Origin: a virus
Virus record (IMG/VR): IMGVR_UViG_3300037189_014399
Coordinates: 32,001-96,000 of that record
DNA: 64,000 bases
Reading direction: 5' to 3' (one strand)
The notes beneath the pieces were generated by a model, which was not told the origin of the DNA, did not search any database, and saw only the letters and a list, made by a program, of their open reading frames with translations. Positions 55,896 to 64,000 of this stretch are shown piece by piece; position 1 is the stretch's first letter, and every line of letters begins with the position of its first letter. The position numbers and the translations under genes are program-made.

Positions 55896-56972
55896 TTAGT
55901 TGGTTTCTGCAATAATTACAGACTGGTCAGTAATTAGACCAAGACCGTAGATTGCGTACCAAGCAAGTGCGTGCTCACGACCGAAGTCCAAGATACCGCC
56001 GTCACGAAGTTCCACAGGAAGTGAAATAGCGTGACCGAATGCGTTATCACCGATAAAGATTGCTGAGTAGCGATCTGAACCGCCGTTACCTGTCTTGGTT
56101 GTTGGAGATGTGTATCCACCACCAGTTGGGTAAACGATTGATCCTGGAGCAACAGCTGAGTCAGTTGTGTAGTTTGTACCAGCTCCACCTGGGACCTTCT
56201 GGATCTGTGTTGTCTCAATGAATACTACGTCGTACAAACGACCGATTTCACCAAGCATGAAGTTTCCTGGAGCAGCGTACTTAGTGACTTCAATAAATTC
56301 TGGATTGTCACGGAGCTTACGGCTCTGGTGTGGGTGTACGAATGCAACGTATGTCTCGCCAAGACGTGGGATGTTCTTGGTTGCGAGGGTCTCGACTGCG
56401 TCCTTAACAGTTGCAGTTGTGAGAGCGAAGTTGCCGGTCATTGAAGCTCGTGATGAGCCCTTTGTGCCGTAGTCGTACCAGTTATTGACTGCGTTAGCAG
56501 ATGTGCGGTCATAACCGTAGATAACTGAAGATGCGGCCATGAGTGTGTCACGAGCCTGTCCATCTAGGTATAGGGCCATGTTGCGGCCAAGTAGACGAGA
56601 AGCAGAAGCCATCACGTCATCGAATGATGCGTTGAGGAGCAATTCAGAAACGGCAATGCCATATCCGTGCTCTGCAACGGTGATTGAGAACTGCTGTGCT
56701 GTCAAAGCGTTAGTTGTCATACGGACACCTTCAACAAGTGCTGAAGCGAATCCGAGGTTGTTATAACGCATGAAGTTGATCTGGAGACCAGGTGCGACAT
56801 TCAATTCAGTCTTCTTAACAGCGAACTGTTCGAAGCGTAGGATTGGCATGGACTGGAACAAGATTTCCTTGGACCAGATGACCTGGATCGCCTGTGTAAG
56901 CTGGCTATTAGCGCCAGAATACGCTGTTGGGGCAGCGGCTAAATTGCCGGTACCAGTTACGGCTGATGCCAT
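55896..56972 (-). CDS. major capsid protein (N4-gp56-like)
   Basis: WSKEIL....P.LRFEQFA, L.EG, EHG, HPHQ..LR, GEIG....V.FIET, DFGR...LAWY; follows scaffold. Confidence 0.92.
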   Translation of the reverse strand: MASAVTGTGNLAAAPTAYSGANSQLTQAIQVIWSKEILFQSMPILRFEQFAVKKTELNVAPGLQINFMRYNNLGFASALVEGVRMTTNALTAQQFSITVAEHGYGIAVSELLLNASFDDVMASASRLLGRNMALYLDGQARDTLMAASSVIYGYDRTSANAVNNWYDYGTKGSSRASMTGNFALTTATVKDAVETLATKNIPRLGETYVAFVHPHQSRKLRDNPEFIEVTKYAAPGNFMLGEIGRLYDVVFIETTQIQKVPGGAGTNYTTDSAVAPGSIVYPTGGGYTSPTTKTGNGGSDRYSAIFIGDNAFGHAISLPVELRDGGILDFGREHALAWYAIYGLGLITDQSVIIAETN

Positions 56973-57016
56973 GTCGGTTTTACTCCTTAGTTAGTTAATT
57001 AACGAACTTGAACTTC

Positions 57017-57796
57017 TTATCCGAATATTCCCTTATTGCCATTTGATGATGCTTTTCCAAGCAGTCTCGAACGGTATTTTGCGTACTCGGTAACCGACAT
57101 TGCAGAAATATCTTCTGCAGTGAACTGTTGTTGATCCGAATTGGTGTCCAAGGGTCCGGAGGCGGGCGCAGTGATGCGACTGCCAGTCATTTCTTTACGA
57201 GCAGACTGCATAGCCTGCTGCGTATTGTCAAGGATACGCGAGGTGCGATCCTTAAGTCCTGCAATGCTCTGCTCAATTTCTTCTGGAGTATTTCCAGTAA
57301 TGAGGTCAAGCAATTCAGGAAGAACATTGTCTCGCTCCTGGGCGAGGCGAGCTGAACGGTATTCATTGAGTTCTGCTAGCTGACGTTCCTTCTCTAGTAG
57401 GCTAAGTGCCTGCTGGCGATCTCTACGTTCTTGCTCTAGCTTCTCTGCCCATTCTTTTTCTTTAGCTTCTAAAAGCTGACGCACATCCATTTCAGCTTCT
57501 GCCTTCTTCTTAGCTTCTTCCTCTGCTGCGAATCGGGCTGCTTCAATTTCTTGCTGACGTGCGCTATGTTCTGACTCAATTGAAGTTACTTTGCTCTTTA
57601 ATGACTCAATAGTGTCATAGAGCTTGTTCTTCTCACGAGCTGTAACATCTTCACGAATCTTACGTACATCTTCTTCGGTGTACGTACGAGATGTGGTCTT
57701 AACTGGAGTTACCAGTTCTTCGGTAGCTTGTGGGACATCCTGTAAGAATGCCTGCTGAGCTACTTCTGTCTCAACTACATTTGTTGTTTCTGACAT
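57017..57796 (-). CDS. capsid scaffolding protein
   Basis: Acidic coiled coil; C-terminal I.AMS..EYAK.R..L; lies between portal and capsid. Confidence 0.8.
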   Translation of the reverse strand: MSETTNVVETEVAQQAFLQDVPQATEELVTPVKTTSRTYTEEDVRKIREDVTAREKNKLYDTIESLKSKVTSIESEHSARQQEIEAARFAAEEEAKKKAEAEMDVRQLLEAKEKEWAEKLEQERRDRQQALSLLEKERQLAELNEYRSARLAQERDNVLPELLDLITGNTPEEIEQSIAGLKDRTSRILDNTQQAMQSARKEMTGSRITAPASGPLDTNSDQQQFTAEDISAMSVTEYAKYRSRLLGKASSNGNKGIFG

Positions 57797-57906
57797 GATT
57801 ATTCCTTAGGTGTAAGAGGTCGTTCTCCGAATAAGTAACACGATGACCTGCGGATTATTTCGAGTACGTATAGGTTTTCAAAATATAGCTATTTTGTCAG
57901 CCTAAA

Positions 57907-59619
57907 CTAGTTATCCCCATACTTCTGCTGCTCGTCTGGAGAGCGTCGTTGAGGAATCTTTGTTCCATAGGCTTTTGTAACCAGATCGGTTGCAAGAGCT
58001 TCAATGGTTTCAGCTTCAAACGGAGTAATAACCCCAGCTTGACCGTCTGGTCCAGGACCAACTCCGGCACCGGCATCTCCCATACCTGGACCAGGTTCTA
58101 CTCCAGCATCTGCTGGGGCGTATCCGGTTAGGGAGGTTATAGCTGAAATTATCTGTGATTTCATTAGCTGGAGTGCGCCATCTGCCTTGGCATCCTCGAT
58201 AAGCTCGGTACGAATCTCTTCGAGCTTCTCGTCTGGGAACTCCTCGCCTAGGGTACGTAGGGCACCCTTTCTTGACTCAAGGTTTAGCTGCATCATCTGT
58301 TGAACTTCACTAAGAACGATTAGCTTATCTAGAGGAAGTGGCTGTGGGAAGTGAATAGTAGATTCATAAGTTAAAGGATCTGAAGGATCTAGAACTGGTC
58401 GTTGATCTTCACGAAGTGGTCCGTTAAAGTCTGGGTTCCAGGTAAACATCTCTGGCTCTTTAAACCCAATTGTTAGAAGAATCAGTTCATTGATCTTCTT
58501 AATACCCTCGCTGTATTGAACAATCTTTTGATTAAAGCGATTCATCAACGGCTGATACTGAATTGAAAGTGCAACACCTGAAGTATTAGAGATAGGTTGT
58601 ACCTGTCCAAGCGCTGTCTCTGGAACACCCATCATCTCGTGCATTGATCGCTTAACGATCTCTAGATACTGAAGTGCACCCTGTAAACCTTGTCCGCCAC
58701 CTTCTAGGTTAAATACTTGTGCATCCTTAGGCAAACCACCCCAAACTTTCTTAGGGCCTTTTTCTAGTGATGATGCTTTAGCTCCAGTAATAACTGTAAC
58801 CGGTGCTGCGTGATAATTAATAATGTCTGCAATATCAGTTGCAACTTCGTTATAGTTGCGGTTAAGAACAATGATGTCGTGGCAATCAGCTAGTCCCCAT
58901 GGAGAACCTGATACACGAACGTTTGCAATATGAACGATAGGAACTACGCCAATTGGGTTTGGACGTGAGTCAATTAGTTCATCATTGATGTATTCTTCGA
59001 TGCGATCATCGGTAAGGATTTCGGTATATGTGTATACCTGACGAGTACCCTCCAGTGAAGTTCCCCAGAAACGATACTTCAGCTTAAACCGGATAAGGCG
59101 GGAGCGATCGTGTGGGTGAAACTCTGGGAAACAGAAAGATGCATTAAGTGGAAGGATTCTTACCTTACCTGGATGTACACGACCGGTAGGATCTGGATAG
59201 GATTCTTCATACGCTACCTTTACAAAGCAATCTCCAGATACTCCGCCTTGCTGTCCCATTTCCCATAGAACAGTGTGCTTATTGTTATCTGTTTCCCATA
59301 CACGCTTTAAGATGTCTGGAACGATTGCTTCGGTTTCGTAAGGACTGCGGAATGTAACTCCACGATTAAAACAAAAGTTAATAATGTAATCAGTAAATGC
59401 TCTGTAATAGTTATAAACCATCTGTGCATCACCGATCTCACGACGGTATGCCCAGTGGTGACCAAGATACATGGCCCAGTTAAGTGAATAGCGGTTTAGT
59501 CGAGGACCGTGAACTTCAAACTCTTCATCAGCGAGTTCAACAAGGCCCAGTGGAGAAATAGAGATTGTTAAGTCAGACGACGCCGCTCTATACGACGGAG
59601 GACTAAAATCAATGCTCAT
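57907..59619 (-). CDS. portal protein
   Basis: V.GD.FVKV, NP.G.VPIVH..N......WG.AD, SNTSGVAL; position. Confidence 0.9.
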   Translation of the reverse strand: MSIDFSPPSYRAASSDLTISISPLGLVELADEEFEVHGPRLNRYSLNWAMYLGHHWAYRREIGDAQMVYNYYRAFTDYIINFCFNRGVTFRSPYETEAIVPDILKRVWETDNNKHTVLWEMGQQGGVSGDCFVKVAYEESYPDPTGRVHPGKVRILPLNASFCFPEFHPHDRSRLIRFKLKYRFWGTSLEGTRQVYTYTEILTDDRIEEYINDELIDSRPNPIGVVPIVHIANVRVSGSPWGLADCHDIIVLNRNYNEVATDIADIINYHAAPVTVITGAKASSLEKGPKKVWGGLPKDAQVFNLEGGGQGLQGALQYLEIVKRSMHEMMGVPETALGQVQPISNTSGVALSIQYQPLMNRFNQKIVQYSEGIKKINELILLTIGFKEPEMFTWNPDFNGPLREDQRPVLDPSDPLTYESTIHFPQPLPLDKLIVLSEVQQMMQLNLESRKGALRTLGEEFPDEKLEEIRTELIEDAKADGALQLMKSQIISAITSLTGYAPADAGVEPGPGMGDAGAGVGPGPDGQAGVITPFEAETIEALATDLVTKAYGTKIPQRRSPDEQQKYGDN

Positions 59620-59621
59620 TG

Positions 59622-59876
59622 TTATCCGATTCTGTTTTCACGTTTTGCTTTAGCAACACGAGCTTTTTTCTTCTTTACTGCTTCAGTCTTTAGATCACGC
59701 ATCTTAGGTGGTACATCTTTTTTAGATGGAACGTATTGTCCACCCTCTCGCATATATTCTTTTCTTGCTTCACGATTAGCTGCAAAGCTTGACTTTCCAT
59801 TTCTTGACGGATAACGTGCCTGCATTCTTTTTAGAATGTTATTCCAGAGTACTTGATTCTCTGGTACGTCAGCCAT
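59622..59876 (-). CDS. basic hypothetical protein
   Basis: LWN.I......RYP..S.AA......EY..EGG. Confidence 0.55.
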   Translation of the reverse strand: MADVPENQVLWNNILKRMQARYPSRNGKSSFAANREARKEYMREGGQYVPSKKDVPPKMRDLKTEAVKKKKARVAKAKRENRIG

Positions 59877-59888
59877 TTTATCCCCTAA

Positions 59889-59940
59889 GAAAGAAAAGGT
59901 TCCCTGGTTCTTGAAAGCAGTAAAAAGAACCAGGGACCTT
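59889..59940 (-). terminator. Rho-independent terminator
   Basis: AAGGTCCCTGGTTCTT...AAGAACCAGGGAACCTT then TTCTTTC on the minus strand. Confidence 0.75.
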
Positions 59941-59953
59941 AAGTATATCCTAT

Positions 59954-60352
59954 TTAGTCGTTAACCTCTGCAGGGTTGATGCGCTGATAGCGTGATCCAC
60001 TGCGGGCTACTTCTTCAAAGCTAGCTTCTGCATAATCCTGAAAGTTACCCTGTGAAAACTCATTTAGATAAGTTGGGGCTTCTACCCAGGCTGCTGAACC
60101 AACGTGAGCACGTTCGCTCATGGTTTCTGCTGCTGGCTTTTCAAACACGTTCATGTTGTGGTTAGGACGACCGGCTGGTGTGTCGTAACCCTGTGTTAGA
60201 CCTAGTTCAAAATCATTTGGAACATCGGTATCTGTTGCAATGCCCTCTTCAAAACGAAGTGGACCACGAAGGCCAGTCTGAGCTGCGCTCATCTTGCGCT
60301 CGTATACAGTTCCTTCACGTTCTGGGAACTGTGGGTTTGGGGCGATAGTCAT
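59954..60352 (-). CDS. hypothetical protein
   Basis: SD AAGGAG; GPLRFEEGIATDTDVP, ERAHVGSAAW. Confidence 0.65.
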   Translation of the reverse strand: MTIAPNPQFPEREGTVYERKMSAAQTGLRGPLRFEEGIATDTDVPNDFELGLTQGYDTPAGRPNHNMNVFEKPAAETMSERAHVGSAAWVEAPTYLNEFSQGNFQDYAEASFEEVARSGSRYQRINPAEVND

Positions 60353-60430
60353 TGTTACTCCTTATAAGGTTTGAGGATCCTCAGGTAATATTCTGATACC
60401 TGTAAGGACATTTTTCTCAATAAACGTAAA

Positions 60431-62083
60431 TTATTTAAAGAACGGGCTAGCTGAAACCTCAATAGTCGGCATAACTAACTCTTGGGTTAGAGAGCAGGCT
60501 AGAGACAAGGAATCAACGTAATCATCATGGGCATGGGCTTCATCTGGGGCTTCAACTAGGAAGTTTGGACCTTTGTACTTAACTTCTGCATCTGTCATTT
60601 GCTGGTAAAACCGCTTCCAGTTACGGAGGCGTCTTGTCTTAGCATGGGCTGGCCAAGAGATCATTTGACGTTGAATTAGAGCCTGGAGGTGCTTCCAACG
60701 CTTGGACTGTTCTCCTGGACTAGATGAGATTGGAATGATCTCAGCTCTAGGCATTAAAATCTTTAATCGGTCAGCAACAGCATCACCAACACCATTTGTA
60801 TCTACAGCTATGGCCATAACGTCATAGCTTTCTAAGAAGTTAACAATTTGGAAGTATTGCTCTTCCCAGTCATCTCCCTGAATTTCTAACCAGTTAAGAA
60901 TTCTATGATCGTAGTATCCATACTCATCTGGCCTATCCCAGTCAACCCAGACCACGGTTACTACGGTTGAGTCCATCTTACGAGCCGGATCTATGCCCAC
61001 GACTACGGGTGATCGGTGCCAAGACTTTACAATTTCTGAAGAAGTATCCCCAAGATCATCCATAGCACTGGATGTAATAAACATTCCTCGCTCTAGCAAC
61101 CACTTGCAGTTGTATGAGATCTGGAACTCATCTGAGTCTTCTCCAATACGAAGCATCTCTTTCTTAATGAACTTCTCATAGTTCTCGTTAAACTTTGCTA
61201 CATCTTTCCAATCCCATTGAAAATGATTCTGTTTGGCATTACGTCCTGAGTTCTGACGTCGCTTATTTAGTTGAATCGCTCTGTAGAAGTTATTTTTAGA
61301 AGTTGTCGGCGTACCCGTCTTAACCATCGTAGCGTTATAGTAAGCTCCCATAGGAGCAATAGATTTAGAAACAATAAAATCGTCGGCCTCCTGACACTCA
61401 TCAATTACCATTAGGTGAAAAGATTTAGATTCAATCTTTGCACGTGGGTTAGCAGTCATCATCATAAGTTGAGAGCCTGAGTTCTTTAACTTAATATTTC
61501 TTGTCACCCCCGCCATCTTGGTGACAGAATCATCAATCTCCGCATCTCCCAGAATTGCTAGGGCATGCTCACTAGTCAATCGAGATACGGTACGTGAATA
61601 TAGGGTTTCAGCCTGTGCTTGGATGGGAGCAAACATACCTACCCAAAGGCCATCTCTGAACTTGCCTAATAGATCTGGGTACATTCGTGCAAGGCGTGGC
61701 AGTAGGACCATTAGAGTTGCCACAACATCTGCCACAGTCTCAGACTTTCCTGACTGACGAGCAGCTAATGCTGTGATCTCTTCTCCATCATTGATAATGA
61801 CGGATTCAATAATTCTTCTAGCTAACGGTTTTTGATACGGGTGAAGGTCATGGCCCACAAGTAGTACCAAAAACTCCATAACTTTATCAACAAGCTGTAA
61901 TACAAATTCTTTAGAGAGTTCATCAAGCTCTTCTTCTTCGTGGAGTTCTTCAAACTCGTCTTCTTCTCCAAAAGATTCATTTGGGCCATTAGAGACGAGG
62001 CTATCCAACTCAGGCGTATCAAAGTCGCCCTCTTCATCAAAGTCTTGAAAATCAAAGTCATCTCTCATTCTTTGTTCTTTCAT
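60431..62083 (-). CDS. terminase large subunit
   Basis: LHPYQ, ARQSGKS, VIDECQ, TGTP; RuvC-like VGIDPA...DST, HDDYVDS. Confidence 0.95.
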   Translation of the reverse strand: MKEQRMRDDFDFQDFDEEGDFDTPELDSLVSNGPNESFGEEDEFEELHEEEELDELSKEFVLQLVDKVMEFLVLLVGHDLHPYQKPLARRIIESVIINDGEEITALAARQSGKSETVADVVATLMVLLPRLARMYPDLLGKFRDGLWVGMFAPIQAQAETLYSRTVSRLTSEHALAILGDAEIDDSVTKMAGVTRNIKLKNSGSQLMMMTANPRAKIESKSFHLMVIDECQEADDFIVSKSIAPMGAYYNATMVKTGTPTTSKNNFYRAIQLNKRRQNSGRNAKQNHFQWDWKDVAKFNENYEKFIKKEMLRIGEDSDEFQISYNCKWLLERGMFITSSAMDDLGDTSSEIVKSWHRSPVVVGIDPARKMDSTVVTVVWVDWDRPDEYGYYDHRILNWLEIQGDDWEEQYFQIVNFLESYDVMAIAVDTNGVGDAVADRLKILMPRAEIIPISSSPGEQSKRWKHLQALIQRQMISWPAHAKTRRLRNWKRFYQQMTDAEVKYKGPNFLVEAPDEAHAHDDYVDSLSLACSLTQELVMPTIEVSASPFFK

Positions 62084-62297
62084 GCAATGTTGTAGTGATG
62101 GCCATCAGAGCCTCTGCTCCAATTTTAGCCTCTTCTAGATAAAAAGGGTCTTGATTACGTTGCCAAAGAGAGAGGTTACGACTAACAGCATAGACGCTAG
62201 ATTCAGACCAACCTATAAGTTCTGAGGTTGGAAGAGAAGAAGCTCGTCTTTCTATTTTAGACTTTGGTCTTTCTTCTCTAGTTCTTCTTCTAAACAT
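62058..62297 (-). CDS. hypothetical protein
   Basis: ORF track; overlaps neighbours. Confidence 0.55.
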   Translation of the reverse strand: MFRRRTREERPKSKIERRASSLPTSELIGWSESSVYAVSRNLSLWQRNQDPFYLEEAKIGAEALMAITTTLHERTKNER

Positions 62298-62581
62298 TCG
62301 TCTGCTCCGTATCGTATGAAATCCCAGTTTACTTCTTCATTCATTAGGCCTCTGCCATTTATGGCGTATGTAAGACCTTGGCTCTCAGTATATCCTGTTT
62401 TTTTCCATACCCCTAAAACCAAAGCCTTTTTAGTAAAGGGGGCCCGAATAGATACTCCGTATCCCTTACGATACTGTCCCTCGATCTCTTGACTAAAAGC
62501 ACGCTCAATTAGTCCACGAGGTTTTACAGGATAGGTTAGGGGATGGCAATAAAAGGGCCCTAGATCTTTAGTGGCTGCCAC
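62252..62581 (-). CDS. hypothetical protein
   Basis: ORF track; TAGTG-coupled. Confidence 0.55.
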   Translation of the reverse strand: MAATKDLGPFYCHPLTYPVKPRGLIERAFSQEIEGQYRKGYGVSIRAPFTKKALVLGVWKKTGYTESQGLTYAINGRGLMNEEVNWDFIRYGADECLEEELEKKDQSLK

Positions 62582-63357
62582 TATTCACTCCACTTTCCAT
62601 TTAAGCCCTCATCAAGGATCGGTGCCCTGTATCCGGTTCTTTTATACTCTTTAAATGCCTTGTCATAATCTGAAAAGAATTGCTTTTGCTTACGTGCCGC
62701 TTCTTGTGTTTGTTTGAGGGAATAGGCCTCAGCTTGAAGGCTTCTACTAAGAAGCCAAGTCTTCTGACGTATTTCTTCAGGAAAGTCACTAGTATCTGCA
62801 GGTCCACGTGGGTGTGTATCTAAAAATTCTTTTATTACTGGTCCCTTACTTGTTTCTCCATGAAACAGATCCCACTCATCCATGCTGCACTCGTAATAGT
62901 TATAAACAGTTCCGTCTCTGAACATAATGGTTATAACTTGTCGCTCAGGATCATATGCTGCTGCGACAGTTCTTGGACGTGCTGCATTGGACGTGGATGT
63001 AGGAACCTCTGTGTAGTCACTACCAAACCCAGCGTTTCCATAGATTAGTTGACCACCAGGACCGGCTTCACCTGCCTCTGGAAACACGTAGAGAGGATTA
63101 CCTAGATCAGCACCATACTCTGATGCCCTAGTTGAATCAACAGCTAGTTCATCAATAATGTCCATAGCGTATGTATCCATAGGCTTTGTTACATCGTGAC
63201 GACCTCGAGCCATTCTATTTAATAAGTCTTGAGGTATATTTTGTTGAACGGCTTGTTGATACAACTCATTGTCGTTCTTAGGAGCTAAACTGCTTCGCAG
63301 TTCTCTCTCAAGACGTTTCTCTCTAGATGATGCTCTAGAAGATTTAAAGTTACGCAT
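62581..63357 (-). CDS. KTSC-domain protein
   Basis: PRTVAAAYD.....I.IMFRDG.VY.Y........F....SKG..I...L. Confidence 0.75.
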   Translation of the reverse strand: MRNFKSSRASSREKRLERELRSSLAPKNDNELYQQAVQQNIPQDLLNRMARGRHDVTKPMDTYAMDIIDELAVDSTRASEYGADLGNPLYVFPEAGEAGPGGQLIYGNAGFGSDYTEVPTSTSNAARPRTVAAAYDPERQVITIMFRDGTVYNYYECSMDEWDLFHGETSKGPVIKEFLDTHPRGPADTSDFPEEIRQKTWLLSRSLQAEAYSLKQTQEAARKQKQFFSDYDKAFKEYKRTGYRAPILDEGLNGKWSE

Positions 63358-63613
63358 TACAGATATGTGTCTCTAACTGTGTGTCGGGAACAACCTCACC
63401 ACAGTCATCACATGAGAACCACTTAACAGGAGAGAAGTTATTCTGTGCAGTACCTTCTAAAGCGTCCTGCAAGTTTCCATCTTCTCCTTGACGAGGATAA
63501 TCATAGATAACTTTAGGTTGTTGAAGTAGCTCTGGTGGAAATGGTCCATTTGGACGATGAGCTTTAGCAGGTATTGGATGTCCCTGCTTTGTGATGATTC
63601 TCTCAATTTTCAC
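63350..63613 (-). CDS. hypothetical protein with C-terminal Zn finger
   Basis: CDDC........HIC. Confidence 0.55.
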   Translation of the reverse strand: MKIERIITKQGHPIPAKAHRPNGPFPPELLQQPKVIYDYPRQGEDGNLQDALEGTAQNNFSPVKWFSCDDCGEVVPDTQLETHICNA

Positions 63614-63836
63614 TAGCTTCAGCCTTCAAGGCTTCTGCATTTTTAATATCCGCTTCTTTTTTAGTTTCCGCTTCTCGTTTAAAGTCAGCCTTCTTATCTA
63701 AGCGTGGAAGTGTGCCTTCTACTGCTGCTTTACGCAAGAACCATGGGAGATCTAGATCACAGAATACTTGAGTTTGTGCGCCCTTTGTCTCTACAAGCCA
63801 AATTGCCTCATTTACGCAATTTAAACATTTTGCCAT
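63603..63836 (-). CDS. hypothetical protein
   Basis: SD GAGG; CLNC...FC...LPWFL. Confidence 0.6.
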   Translation of the reverse strand: MAKCLNCVNEAIWLVETKGAQTQVFCDLDLPWFLRKAAVEGTLPRLDKKADFKREAETKKEADIKNAEALKAEASEN

Positions 63837-64000
63837 TTTAATACCTCTCTAAGTTGAGTTGCCCCTGTATTTACTGCTATGGTTTATCCATGACCAGGAA
63901 ACTGGTCATACGCATCCAGTAAGTATAACGGGGTTGCAGGTAGGTTCGGTAGACATAGACCGCACCGCCGATAGGCAAGTGACAGTTGTCAGTCGGTTCA

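Noticed and set aside
57797-57906. AGGTC/GACCT stem upstream of the scaffold gene as an autoregulatory RNA
   Set aside because: Only about 5 bp of clear pairing; cannot be supported without covariation data.
444-63048. Plus-strand ORFs and short alternative-frame minus-strand ORFs in the track
   Set aside because: They overlap well-supported minus-strand genes and lack motifs; they are shadows of biased codon usage.
1-64000. tRNA genes, introns, inteins, integrase, endolysin
   Set aside because: None recognised. Intergenic gaps are short, and polymerase, helicases and terminase have ordinary lengths; such genes may lie outside the window.

Overview
A 64-kb stretch of a tailed dsDNA phage genome. 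Essentially all real genes are on the minus strand and many are coupled by TAATG/ATGA overlaps. In transcription order (right to left): small ORFs and a KTSC-domain protein; terminase large subunit, portal, scaffold, N4-gp56-like major capsid and head-tail adaptor; a ~21.5-kb block of fibre/appendage genes and protein-modifying enzymes; head closure, a second collagen fibre and four tiny Lys-rich ORFs; a contractile-tail module (sheath, tube, chaperone with a likely +1 frameshift, tape measure with M23 and lysozyme-like domains, baseplate); then a replication module (HTH initiator, DnaC-like loader, DnaB, WhiB, primase, SNF2 helicase, SSB, family A polymerase, start of a RecA-like gene). WhiB and moderate GC suggest a myovirus of low-GC Actinobacteria (inference). 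The most striking feature is a tightly packed gene cluster at 32.8-39.1 kb. It starts with an 808-aa protein built from a PASTA-like domain and ten modules, each with an even number of Cys, joined by (Thr-Pro)n linkers. This is followed by a 126-aa hypothetical protein, a small CxxC protein, a prolyl-4-hydroxylase-like 2OG-Fe(II) oxygenase, a radical SAM/SPASM enzyme, a GT60/Gnt1-like (hydroxyproline O-GlcNAc) transferase and a GalE-like epimerase. This looks like a phage-encoded pathway for making a hydroxyproline-glycosylated, disulfide-rich, mucin/extensin-like virion appendage. All calls come from motif recognition by eye; no database search was run.
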